A stretch of 24,291 nt of DNA from Candidatus Hodarchaeum mangrovi. GTDB lineage: Archaea > Asgardarchaeota > Heimdallarchaeia > Hodarchaeales > Hodarchaeaceae. The notes beneath the pieces are model-generated. The model did no database searches, was not told the origin of the DNA, and worked only from the letters and a program-made list of their open reading frames with translations. The stretch's first letter is position 1, and each line of letters opens with the position of its first letter. Both the position numbers and the translations under genes were made by a program. Positions 8,726 through 17,749 of the stretch are shown here, one piece after another. Location of the stretch: positions 1 to 24,291 of the forward strand of contig JAEOUE010000184.1 in the NCBI GenBank assembly GCA_016839515.1, in the 5' to 3' direction.

Positions 8726-11089
8726 TCACCCACACTTTGAATAGCCACATACACGACAAAGAACACAACCTTCGCCATGTTCGACTATATTACCACATTC
8801 TGGACATTCAGGACGAAGTCCAGAGGTAGTATGCGTTAGGAAAACAGTTTCAGGTGAATTATTCACTTTAGTTGGATTCATAGTATTTTCATTAGACTCT
8901 TTTGACTTTCCATTTCCATTCTGGCTAAATTGAGAAAGAAATTTCTCTATACCTTTTGCAACTGCATCAGCACACGACAAAATAGGTCCTTCAGAGCTAA
9001 ATGTGGGTGAGGGACAACGAATAGAACGTAATTGGTCAACGATCTCCATGGGTTCAATACGACTTCTTAAAGCAAGAGATACTAAGCGTCCAATCGCCTC
9101 AACATGTGAAGCAACGCAGCCTCCAGATTTTCCTAAGGAAAGAAATATTTCGGTAAGTCCTTCCTCGTCTTCATTGATAGTTAGAAAGAGATTAGTACCA
9201 CAGCCAACACGTACCCGCTCTGTTACGCCTCGTGTTATATCGGGTCTGTACCGAGGGGTTTTACGAATTGAGGGGGTGGTTTCGTCATATTTTGAGGAAG
9301 GAATTGTCTCTGTTTTAATTTCATTTGTACCTTTTTTGGATAAAACATCGTAAGTTCGTGACCCAGAACGGTAAACTGTTAGCCCTTTACATCCTAGTTC
9401 ATAAGCTAACATATAAGCTCGACCAATCTCCTCTTTAGTGGCTGTTTCAGGAAAATTAATTGTCTTACTCACCGCATTATCAACACCTGAGGTTTGGAAG
9501 GCGGCTTGCATACGAACATGCCATTCAGGAGAAATGTCATGTGCGGTAACAAATATCTTTTGGATATTGGTTGGAATTTCTTCAAAAGAACTTAATGAAC
9601 CGGTTTGTGCTATCTTTTCCATTAGAGTTTTTGTATAAAATCCGTAATGCTTTGCGATTTGGACAAAAAATGGGTACCCCTCAACTAATATATCATCATC
9701 TAAAACACGTCGTTCATAGGTTAACATGAATAAAGGTTCAATTCCACTGGAGCATCCAGCGATTATTGATAAAGTTCCAGTCGGAGCTAGAGTGGTAAGA
9801 GTAGCATTACGCATCATAGGATATTTTTCGCTAGAAATACTTCCTTCAAAATTTGGAAATGAACCCCGCTCTTCAGCTAGTCGCATCGACTCTTCAATTG
9901 CAGTTGTATGAATAAACTGCATGATCTCTCGAGCAGTGTGGATACCCTGCTCTGAATTATAAGGAATACCTAATTTGATTAAAAGATCAGCAAATCCCAT
10001 CACTCCAAGACCAATTTTCCGATTCGACTTTGTCATCGCTTCAATAATTGAAAGGGGAAATGTAGAGACATCAATAACATTATCTAAAAATCTAACAGAG
10101 AGCCGGACTGTTTGTTTTAATTTAGTATAATCAATTGTGAATTGAAATGGTTTACCTTCTACAATTTGAACCATTTGGCTTAAATTGATCGATCCCAAAT
10201 TGCACGATTCATAGGGGAGAAGAGGCTGCTCCCCACAAGGATTAGTTGCCTCTATTTGACCAATATGAGGTGTAGGGTTCGCTGCATTGATACGATCCAA
10301 AAAAATAATACCAGGTTCTCCATTGGAGTGAGCCATCTCTATGATTTTGTCAAAGACAGCTTTAGCTTGTAATTTTCCAACAATACTGCTGTCTCGAGGA
10401 TTAATCAAAGGGTATTCTTGCTCCTTTAGGACTGCTTCCATGAACTTCTCCGTTACCCCTACTGAAATATTGAAATTATTTAAGGAGGTGAGATCTTTTT
10501 TAGATTCAATAAACGCCAGTATATCAGGATGATCCACTTTCAATATTCCCATATTAGCTCCACGTCTTCGTCCTCCCTGCTTAATTATTTCTGTAGCAGA
10601 ATTAAAGACAGTCATAAACGAAAGAGGCCCACTTGCAACTCCTCCTGTAGTTTGTACTTTGTCGTTAACTGGTCGTAATTGTGAAAAAGAAAAACCTGTA
10701 CCTCCACCTGACTTATGAATTATTGCAGCGTTTTTAACAGCATTAAATATCGAGTCCATGTTATCTTCAACAGGTAAAACAAAGCAAGCAGATAATTGGT
10801 TCATTTCAGTCCCCGCATTCATCAAAGTTGGAGAATTAGGGAGGAAATCTAGATTTGCCATAAGCTGATAAAATTGATCTTCATATTCCCGAGGATCTTT
10901 TCCATAACGCTGTTCATTCAGGGCGATTGCACGGGCCACCCGACGAAAAAGCTGGGTAGGCGTTTCTATGATTTCTCCTCTTTCATTTCGTCTGAGATAC
11001 CGTTTTTCCAAGACAATCTTTGCATTTGAGGATAATAATAAGCCTTCAGTTTCATTCTCTTTTGATGATTTTTCAATTGTCACAGTCAT
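8726..11089 (-). CDS. nrdJ: Adenosylcobalamin-dependent (class II) ribonucleotide reductase with C-terminal TSCPD-like and Zn-ribbon region
   Basis: FLPNSPTLMNAG; LSACFVL; GGGTG; QGGRRRGANM; finger loop ATNPCGEQPL...CNLGSIN; APTGT; DNAVSKTIN; KGLTVYRSGSR; C-terminal CPECG...EGCVLCRVCGYSKCG. No ATP cone or intein seen. Confidence 0.95.
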   Translation of the reverse strand: MTVTIEKSSKENETEGLLLSSNAKIVLEKRYLRRNERGEIIETPTQLFRRVARAIALNEQRYGKDPREYEDQFYQLMANLDFLPNSPTLMNAGTEMNQLSACFVLPVEDNMDSIFNAVKNAAIIHKSGGGTGFSFSQLRPVNDKVQTTGGVASGPLSFMTVFNSATEIIKQGGRRRGANMGILKVDHPDILAFIESKKDLTSLNNFNISVGVTEKFMEAVLKEQEYPLINPRDSSIVGKLQAKAVFDKIIEMAHSNGEPGIIFLDRINAANPTPHIGQIEATNPCGEQPLLPYESCNLGSINLSQMVQIVEGKPFQFTIDYTKLKQTVRLSVRFLDNVIDVSTFPLSIIEAMTKSNRKIGLGVMGFADLLIKLGIPYNSEQGIHTAREIMQFIHTTAIEESMRLAEERGSFPNFEGSISSEKYPMMRNATLTTLAPTGTLSIIAGCSSGIEPLFMLTYERRVLDDDILVEGYPFFVQIAKHYGFYTKTLMEKIAQTGSLSSFEEIPTNIQKIFVTAHDISPEWHVRMQAAFQTSGVDNAVSKTINFPETATKEEIGRAYMLAYELGCKGLTVYRSGSRTYDVLSKKGTNEIKTETIPSSKYDETTPSIRKTPRYRPDITRGVTERVRVGCGTNLFLTINEDEEGLTEIFLSLGKSGGCVASHVEAIGRLVSLALRSRIEPMEIVDQLRSIRCPSPTFSSEGPILSCADAVAKGIEKFLSQFSQNGNGKSKESNENTMNPTKVNNSPETVFLTHTTSGLRPECPECGNIVEHGEGCVLCRVCGYSKCG

Positions 11090-11488
11090 ATGTCGTCCAC
11101 TTTTCTGGAGAATTCCATTCTCTGGTTTACAGATTGAATAATTTTTGATTAGCTAGAGATTTTTGTCGGATCTAACTTTGATTGCTATTCCATATTATAA
11201 TCTGGATGTTTGATTTAAGAACACGAAAAATAAATACCCATTTATCGGAAGCTACAACTTCTGATGTAAAGTTTCGAAAGAGGATGAGAGCTTATTAATC
11301 GTGGTACTACAAGCTAATTATCTCTAATAATAGCAATATTAGAATTTACTAACAAAATTCATAAATCTAGATTTGTTCCAGTCTAGAGTTCTAAGATAAT
11401 GTTATAGAACGTTACTTAAAAATTACTTTGTAAAAAAGCTTCCTTCTATAACTTTCAAATCATTCTTGATTAGGAAGAATTCAGGCAT

Positions 11489-11593
11489 GGTATATTATCT
11501 AGAGACTATCTCTGTCTAGGTCGTACTACATAATTATTACTGGGATAATACCGATGAATTATGACGACTTTAAACCGGTATATTATCTAGAGA
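11489..11593 (+). repeat. 17-bp direct repeat GGTATATTATCTAGAGA (11489-11505 and 11577-11593)
   Basis: Two identical copies with starts 88 bp apart. The second lies immediately after a TATA-like tttaaa (11569-11574) upstream of the RHH gene. Confidence 0.75.
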
Positions 11594-11645
11594 TTCTTAG
11601 TATCAAATATTTCAAATAACTAATATGATTTAGGATGAATAGCAC

Positions 11646-11828
11646 ATGATGAAGTTGATTACCGTCCATTTGCCCAATGACCAAGTAACTGGCTTAGATG
11701 AGTTAGTTCGAAGTGGTAGATACCCCAATCGTAGTGAAGCAATTCGTTTTGCTATCCGTGATATGCTTAAAGATGAGCTTTGGAGTCTCCGAGGTCCGTC
11801 CTACGCTCAATCCCGTGAAGCTTACTAA
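11646..11828 (+). CDS. Ribbon-helix-helix (CopG/Arc) regulator, CdrS-like
   Basis: MKLITVHLP (beta strand)...LDELVRSGRYPNRSEAIRFAIRDML. The G.[FY]PNRSEAIR signature is shared with archaeal CdrS-type RHH proteins. Confidence 0.85.
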   Translation: MMKLITVHLPNDQVTGLDELVRSGRYPNRSEAIRFAIRDMLKDELWSLRGPSYAQSREAY

Positions 11829-11859
11829 ATTGGTTAGTTTGACCTTCTGGGGTTGATCG

Positions 11860-11884
11860 GGGACTTTTTCTTCCCTTTTTTTTT
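11860..11884 (+). terminator. Probable terminator of the RHH gene
   Basis: Short ggga...tccc stem followed by T9 (11876-11884), about 30 nt after the stop codon. Confidence 0.55.
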
Positions 11885-11965
11885 AACTAGTTTTTAGTAT
11901 TTTTGCCAATTATTCCCATCATTTAGGTCTTCAATAGCATCTCATGACAGCCTGATGTAAAATCA

Positions 11966-12715
11966 CTATGAATGTTGAAAGGTTGTTCCAATCAAATATA
12001 TCCCTGTAATTAATGAACTTATTAGGATTGGACTATAGGGGAGTTTATGCCAATTATGTGGACTAAACATTGTATAGATAAGAAAAAATCCAAAATTGAG
12101 AAGGAAAAAGCTTATTACGCGTAAAAAGAGCTCAGATTTCCATGATGTTCTAGATTGTCTCATATGATATGTCTGGAAAAGAAGAAAGGAGTACGGAATG
12201 AGGATTATAAGGCTTAAAACAATTGAGATAAAGTAGAATCCTTCCCCTGTCAGTTCGTATTGAAACCATTCAATCAAATTCCTATTACGTCCTTGAATTA
12301 CAATAGAGACATAATTAAGCGACGTACTATTCGCAGCAGGTCTTATTTCAATAACTAACCTATCAAATGAAAAAAGAGACATTCCCATTGTACGTAAAGG
12401 ATTTGTATCTAGATAAGATTCCCCTGAATCCAATATAATGTCCATTAACTTCGGATTGTCATTCCTTAGACCTTCATACCTTATCATTATTGGTAAAGGA
12501 TCGAGGTTTGAGACTTCAGCAGAAATATTGATTTGAGAAATAACGGGCATTTCCACTCTTCCAGTCCAAGTAGTGTTTCTAACTTGAACTGATTCAGAAT
12601 AAATTGATGGGTGACCTGATACAAGAAACCCCACTATAATTCCTAGGCTATTCACAATACAGATAACAATTAGTATTTGCTTCATCGAATGTATTTTTCT
12701 CATTATTAAACCCAC
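11966..12715 (-). CDS. Hypothetical membrane protein
   Basis: One N-terminal TM helix, a beta-rich soluble domain and about 3 C-terminal TM helices. Start may be GTG 12715 or a nearby ATG. Confidence 0.65.
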   Translation of the reverse strand: MGLIMRKIHSMKQILIVICIVNSLGIIVGFLVSGHPSIYSESVQVRNTTWTGRVEMPVISQINISAEVSNLDPLPIMIRYEGLRNDNPKLMDIILDSGESYLDTNPLRTMGMSLFSFDRLVIEIRPAANSTSLNYVSIVIQGRNRNLIEWFQYELTGEGFYFISIVLSLIILIPYSFLLFQTYHMRQSRTSWKSELFLRVISFFLLNFGFFLIYTMFSPHNWHKLPYSPILISSLITGIYLIGTTFQHS

Positions 12716-12750
12716 TTATTAGAGACTATATTAGTACCTGATAGCCAATA

Positions 12751-13035
12751 TCACTCTCCTAGTCCATTGTAAGTTGTCAAATTTATTTCAGAAATTGTCT
12801 GTGAATGCATAATATAATCTGCTAGCATTGAGCTCATAATATATCTAATATAATCAAGATCCTCACAAGAGAAAGTATGAAGGGTTTCATGAATTGTAAC
12901 TAAAGTTTGATCACATATCCGATAGAAAGGTCCACCTCCAAAATAAAATCCTTTCATCATGATTGCCTGATTCCACTCATTTATAATCATAGCACCAATT
13001 TCACCATTATTATTCAATCGATATCTGTGAGCTTG
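12751..13035 (-). pseudogene. Probable C-terminal fragment of a zincin/metzincin-like metallopeptidase
   Basis: HETLH (HExxH) followed by a YIM Met-turn-like motif. Only about 88-94 codons; the frame stays open upstream only as far as the direct repeat (TAA at 13036-13038). Confidence 0.45.
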
Positions 13036-13195
13036 TTAGTTTGACCTTCTAGGTTTATCATAACTAAAAACTTATTCACTTCCTAAGTTATAAACACGGA
13101 AATGATAAAAATAATTAGTGACCTTAGTTCAACTGTTTAACCTTCTATATAAAAATAATTTAATTTCCTTGGACAGATATGTAACTGGAGTTTCT

Positions 13196-13801
13196 ATGAG
13201 TAAAAAAGTATCCATTAAACGTTGGAGAAGTGTAAAAGCGAAGACACCCATTATAGGCCTTGATGATGGTGGTTTCGATCGATTTCAAAAAGTAAATCAA
13301 CAAGTACCGGTGTTTGGGGTTATAATGAAAGGTGCTGCCTATGTTGATGGTGTTATTCAATGTTTAATTGATCGAGATGACAAATTTGCAACTCTTAAGC
13401 TAAGTGAGATGATTTTAAGTTCTATCCATAGACCACAGCTCCAAGGCATTTTCCTCCAAGGCATTACTACAGGAGGGTTTGGTGTGATTGATATTCATGA
13501 ACTCTTCAGACTCACTGAAATTCCTGTTATAGTGGTTCTTCGGAAAATACCTAATTTTCAGAAAATTAAAAGATCTCTTTTGGAATTATTTTCTGATGGT
13601 CAGGATCGATGGCAATGCATGGAAAATGCGGGAAAGCCCATTCTAGTCCAAAAGAGTCCCCAGATCCTCTTACAAGTTGCAGGAATTCATCCTGATGATG
13701 CCTTTTCTCTCACTAAAAAGTGTACCATGGTAGGTACTATTCCTGAAGCGTTGCGAATAGCCCATTTCATTGGAGCTAGTAATTATCGTTCACTTAAATG
13801 A
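13196..13801 (+). CDS. DUF99 family (endonuclease V-like / endonuclease dU) protein
   Basis: IIGLDDGGF; GVIMKG...VDGV; GITTGGFGVIDI; IPEALRIAHFIG. Start placed at ATG 13196 after the SD-like ggag. Confidence 0.88.
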   Translation: MSKKVSIKRWRSVKAKTPIIGLDDGGFDRFQKVNQQVPVFGVIMKGAAYVDGVIQCLIDRDDKFATLKLSEMILSSIHRPQLQGIFLQGITTGGFGVIDIHELFRLTEIPVIVVLRKIPNFQKIKRSLLELFSDGQDRWQCMENAGKPILVQKSPQILLQVAGIHPDDAFSLTKKCTMVGTIPEALRIAHFIGASNYRSLK

Positions 13802-13803
13802 TA

Positions 13804-15363
13804 TTAATTCGCAGGAGGACTAATCTCTTCCCACAGCAACACAAGAGGGGCCAACATCCAACTCAAAGCACCACCAATCACAAACCACCCAAATCCCCCC
13901 GAGAAATTATTTAGTACTCCAACTATTCCAATAAAAACGATTAGCAATGAAACTCCTAGTATGATGAGCGAATCACGTATTGTATGTATTTGTCGGTTCC
14001 AAACTCTTCCCTCGCTCTGCGGTGTATTTTTTAGCATTAACCCTTCGATAATTCCTGAGATTAAGAACATAAAAGCTCCAAGTGAAAACAGATAAAATGG
14101 AATAAGCTGAAGTAACCGATAAATAAAATTCTGTTGTCTTTCTTCCCATGATATAGCTAAAATTGAAGATATTGAGAAAAATACACCTACTAAACTTGGC
14201 ATAATAAAACCCGTATGAATCCCAAGAATTGAAGGGCGTAAAAAACTCATTTGAAAACTAATTAGGAGTGCAAGAGTGATAATTAAAGCAACCACGCTTA
14301 TTCCTGAAAAAAAAGCCATTGCATTTAATATGAGTTCTCCTTTCTCTGATAGTTTACGATTTGATGCAAATATTGGTCTTGTTCTCAATCTTAGAATGCT
14401 GCATGCTCCATGGGCCCATCGCCAAAGCTGTGCTACTTGTTTCTTTGCTGTTTCAGGAACTAATCCCTTTGATCCCACGAAATTAAGATATTTCCCAGAA
14501 TAATTGTTGCAAAGGATTTTTATGGATGTATCTATATCTTCTATCAAAGTCTGTTCTGAAAATCCTCCCTCTTCAATTAATGCTTTTTTGCGGAAACATC
14601 CAGTTGAACCATTGAAAAGTACCATCCCACGATTATGCTTTCCTGCTTCAAAAACCTCAAAAAACTGTGAGTAAAGAATTGAATTTGCTTTCTGATATAA
14701 TCGAAAGGCATTTCGATAAGAGACTTTGGCTTGGATAAACCCTATATTATCAGAAGAATTATACTTTTTATTTCCTAATATTTTTGCAAATTCGGTCAAT
14801 AAACTTGGAACAGGGATATGATCTGAATCTAAGATTACAATATATTCCCCTTTGGTCTTACTTAAAACAACATTAATGTTTCCCGCTTTGAATCCTCTTG
14901 TATCATCTTTATGGTAGAATTTAATTTTATTTTTTTCACAGAATGTTTTCAACTGGTTTGTAGTACTAGAGTCTTGGCCATTGTCACTTACTATTATTTC
15001 GTAATTATCATATTTTATTTTCAATGCTCCTAGTAATGTTTCTTCTAAAATCGAAAAGGAAGTCCCATGAGAAGGGATAATTATACTAAAAAATGGGAGG
15101 TTTAATACCTTTTCGTCAATAGAAACATTATTCGCATGAAATTGGAAGGCACCTGCTATCATATAGACTAAGTAAAAAGCAAATGAGAACCCTATAATCT
15201 CTATAAGTAATAATAAAAGGTTCAACATGATTTCAAGTAGATTAAAAGATTGAAACACCCATATAAGACCTATTGTTATGTAAAACGGAACAAAGATGAG
15301 AATCATGTATGCTATAATAAAGGAAACTCGGGATAAAAGTCGATAGACCCACATTCTAGACAA
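13804..15363 (-). CDS. Membrane-embedded processive glycosyltransferase family 2 (cellulose synthase-like)
   Basis: Two N-terminal TMs; SDN; GFKAGNIN; DSD (DxD); IEDID (xED); QLWRW (QxxRW); several C-terminal TMs. Confidence 0.9.
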   Translation of the reverse strand: MSRMWVYRLLSRVSFIIAYMILIFVPFYITIGLIWVFQSFNLLEIMLNLLLLLIEIIGFSFAFYLVYMIAGAFQFHANNVSIDEKVLNLPFFSIIIPSHGTSFSILEETLLGALKIKYDNYEIIVSDNGQDSSTTNQLKTFCEKNKIKFYHKDDTRGFKAGNINVVLSKTKGEYIVILDSDHIPVPSLLTEFAKILGNKKYNSSDNIGFIQAKVSYRNAFRLYQKANSILYSQFFEVFEAGKHNRGMVLFNGSTGCFRKKALIEEGGFSEQTLIEDIDTSIKILCNNYSGKYLNFVGSKGLVPETAKKQVAQLWRWAHGACSILRLRTRPIFASNRKLSEKGELILNAMAFFSGISVVALIITLALLISFQMSFLRPSILGIHTGFIMPSLVGVFFSISSILAISWEERQQNFIYRLLQLIPFYLFSLGAFMFLISGIIEGLMLKNTPQSEGRVWNRQIHTIRDSLIILGVSLLIVFIGIVGVLNNFSGGFGWFVIGGALSWMLAPLVLLWEEISPPAN

Positions 15364-15449
15364 TGTTGTTTAGGAATCTTAACTTAAAGAAACTACCTGA
15401 TTACGAACTACCTCAAAAAACTGATCGTGATTTGGGGGTGCGAGAAGAT

Positions 15450-16295
15450 CTAAAAATCTAGTTTACCCGCCAAAAAATCAGCCCACCCCTTTTGATATCT
15501 TTCAGGAGAATTTATATGATTCCAATACACAGGTGCTTCTGGTATAAATCCATATAAAAGATTCTCTTTAGCTAGAACAGGAAAGACATCTTTTTCTAAT
15601 GAAGCCACTTCTTTTTCTATGAAATTAAAAATCTCTGGCTCAAAAATATATATTCCAGCGTTTACATAAGATAATCCTTTTCGTAAATGATTATTAAATC
15701 TAATAATTTTACGTTCTTCTGGGTTATACTCAACTTGTCCATTTGGTTCATCAAGTATAAACATACTGGCTATTCCCCCCTCTTTAACAATCTCTCTATG
15801 AAATTCTAATAAGGAATTTAGATTTAAATTTGTTATTAAATCACCATTCATAACTAAGAATGTTGACTTAAAGATTTTTCGAGCATTGAGTACCGCTCCT
15901 GCTGTATCAAGTGGTTTTTCTTCTGCAATAAACCCTAGTGTAACCCCAGGATAATCTTTTTCTGAGAATTGTTGCTGAATATGTTCCTTTAGAAATCCAA
16001 TTGACAGATAAATCTCAGTTAAGGCATGTCTTCTAAGTAAATCAATAGAATATTCTAATATTGGTTTATAACCTATAGGATGCATTACTGCTGGAGTGGT
16101 GACAGAAATTGGTCGAAAACTAGTTCCCCGTCCACCACAAAGTATCAAAGACTTTATTGTATGTGCTTCTAATGCAACTTTAAGCGCCTGGATAATAAAT
16201 TGTTTTACATTGCCATGACCTGCAACCTCCACAAGATTTAACCAAAAATTCTCTGTAAATTCAATGGTATACTTGTGAATGTTTTTATCTTTCAT
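15450..16295 (-). CDS. NTP-transferase (sugar-phosphate nucleotidyltransferase)-like protein with N-terminal RHH-like domain and degenerate active site
   Basis: LILCGGRGTSFRP; EEKPLDTAGAV; FLVMNGDL; VNAGIYIFEP; SLEKDVFP. N-terminal KYTIEFTENFWLNL...VKQFIIQALKVAL has a beta-alpha-alpha pattern. Confidence 0.85.
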   Translation of the reverse strand: MKDKNIHKYTIEFTENFWLNLVEVAGHGNVKQFIIQALKVALEAHTIKSLILCGGRGTSFRPISVTTPAVMHPIGYKPILEYSIDLLRRHALTEIYLSIGFLKEHIQQQFSEKDYPGVTLGFIAEEKPLDTAGAVLNARKIFKSTFLVMNGDLITNLNLNSLLEFHREIVKEGGIASMFILDEPNGQVEYNPEERKIIRFNNHLRKGLSYVNAGIYIFEPEIFNFIEKEVASLEKDVFPVLAKENLLYGFIPEAPVYWNHINSPERYQKGWADFLAGKLDF

Positions 16296-16444
16296 ATTAC
16301 CACAGTATGCAATCTTTTGGGTTTTAAGGTGAAATTATTTGAAATCATGAAAAATTGAAATGATAACAGGAACCCATCTATTTTTTTATAAATAAATTTA
16401 TAGACAGATAAGTTGATAATTATTCAATTATCATAATAAATTAT

Positions 16445-17467
16445 TCATTTTTCTCTTTCAACAAGATATTTTACTAGTACGATTAGAAAATCAAACAACG
16501 CGGCAGCATTCTCGTCATTATCATCTAATTCGTTTTGAATTGCACTTAACTCGGTAATTGCTAATTTAGAGTAATAATCTCTCACTTCTCGAACTTGATC
16601 GTTTACTGATCTAAATACATCGAGGATGAGTTGAATTTCCTCCTTGGTTTTTTGACCGATAGGTTTATTATAGATTTCTTTTATCCTATCAGCCATTTTG
16701 GTCTGAAGAGCATAATACAAAAACAAATTTCGTTTTGACTCTTGAATATCCCAATATTGAACTTTACCAAATGTTTCAGGATTGCCTAGTATATCCAAAT
16801 AATCATCCTGAATTTGAAAGGCAATTCCTGCAGAGATTATCGCTTTTTCCAATCTTTGAGTAAATATATCTTCTCTCCTAGCAGCCAAACAGCCTAAGCG
16901 GACACATCCAGCAAAAACAATTGCTGTTTTTAACTCCATGATCTGAATGATATGGGCTTGATCAAAAGTGAAATTCTCGGTCAATCGATCTTCTAATTCG
17001 ATCGCGTTCCCAATTCCAACTTTATAAGCATAATCTAGAATGATATCTAAACTGGGATCTGCTGCTTTGATGAGTGTGAGTGCAAAAGCATGTAATACAT
17101 CCCCATCATGGAGTGCGCGATCACTACCATGAACAATATGAAATGAATCATTACCTCTTCTTACAGGGGCATTATCGATTAAATCATCATGAATTAATGT
17201 CATATTATGTAGTAATTCTATTACAACAGCTGATGTATATGAACGTTCCATTGCTTCTTCTTGATAATCCTCGCCATCTACAAGGAATTTTGTTGTTAAA
17301 GCGATCAATGAGGGGCGTAATTGTTTTCCTTTCATTGAACAAATAAATTGAAAAATACGCTCACGGATAGGACTAGGGAGTTGATTAACTGCTTTATGGA
17401 GCCTAATCTCCAAATTTTCAAGGATTTCAGGATCTAAAAATTTTTGAGCCACGAAATTAGACCTCAC
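16445..17467 (-). CDS. trans-polyprenyl diphosphate synthase (GGPP synthase family)
   Basis: GKQLRP; FARM LIHDDLID...RRG; LKTA; SARM AFQIQDDYLD. Confidence 0.92.
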   Translation of the reverse strand: MRSNFVAQKFLDPEILENLEIRLHKAVNQLPSPIRERIFQFICSMKGKQLRPSLIALTTKFLVDGEDYQEEAMERSYTSAVVIELLHNMTLIHDDLIDNAPVRRGNDSFHIVHGSDRALHDGDVLHAFALTLIKAADPSLDIILDYAYKVGIGNAIELEDRLTENFTFDQAHIIQIMELKTAIVFAGCVRLGCLAARREDIFTQRLEKAIISAGIAFQIQDDYLDILGNPETFGKVQYWDIQESKRNLFLYYALQTKMADRIKEIYNKPIGQKTKEEIQLILDVFRSVNDQVREVRDYYSKLAITELSAIQNELDDNDENAAALFDFLIVLVKYLVEREK

Positions 17468-17749
17468 ATCATATTCAGAAAAATCCAGTGAACACCATTG
17501 TATTTACTACATGGACATATTTTCTTTCAGAAAATGATCTATATTGGAAGTTTTTTTTTCCTTCTTTTTAATACGTTTCTTTATAGAGAATGAGGTTCTT
17601 CATTTTGATTACCATGTATGTCATTACCAAGAAATTATTATCCTTTTAGCTGTTTACCAATAAGTGCTGTTGGATTTAATGTTTTTCCCTAATTTAATAT
17701 TTTTGTATAAGAATAATTCATTTTATCCCTTAGTTGGACTGTTGATTAT

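Larger units (their letters stand above)
11833..13050. repeat. 16-bp direct repeat GTTAGTTTGACCTTCT at 11833-11848 and 13035-13050, flanking a 1.2-kb segment
   Basis: Exact 16-mer copies. Similarity extends imperfectly downstream (ggggttgatc vs aggtttatc). Confidence 0.75.

Noticed and set aside
9003-10532. Several + strand ORFs (9003-9353, 9438-9638, 9726-9911, 10341-10532)
   Set aside because: Antisense shadows of the well-supported nrdJ gene, with no recognisable motifs.
8726-11089. Possible intein in nrdJ, or horizontal origin suggested by its somewhat higher GC
   Set aside because: The usual intein sites (QGGRRRGA, NPCGEQ) are contiguous. The GC difference is modest and can be explained by amino-acid composition; a phylogeny would be needed.
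11090-11290. Cobalamin riboswitch or NrdR boxes upstream of nrdJ
   Set aside because: No B12-box-like conserved sequence or convincing palindromic NrdR box was seen.
11489-13050. The direct repeats as a CRISPR array or integron attC sites
   Set aside because: Only two copies each, with the wrong length and spacing, no cas or integrase genes, and no RYYYAAC...GTTRRRY arrangement.
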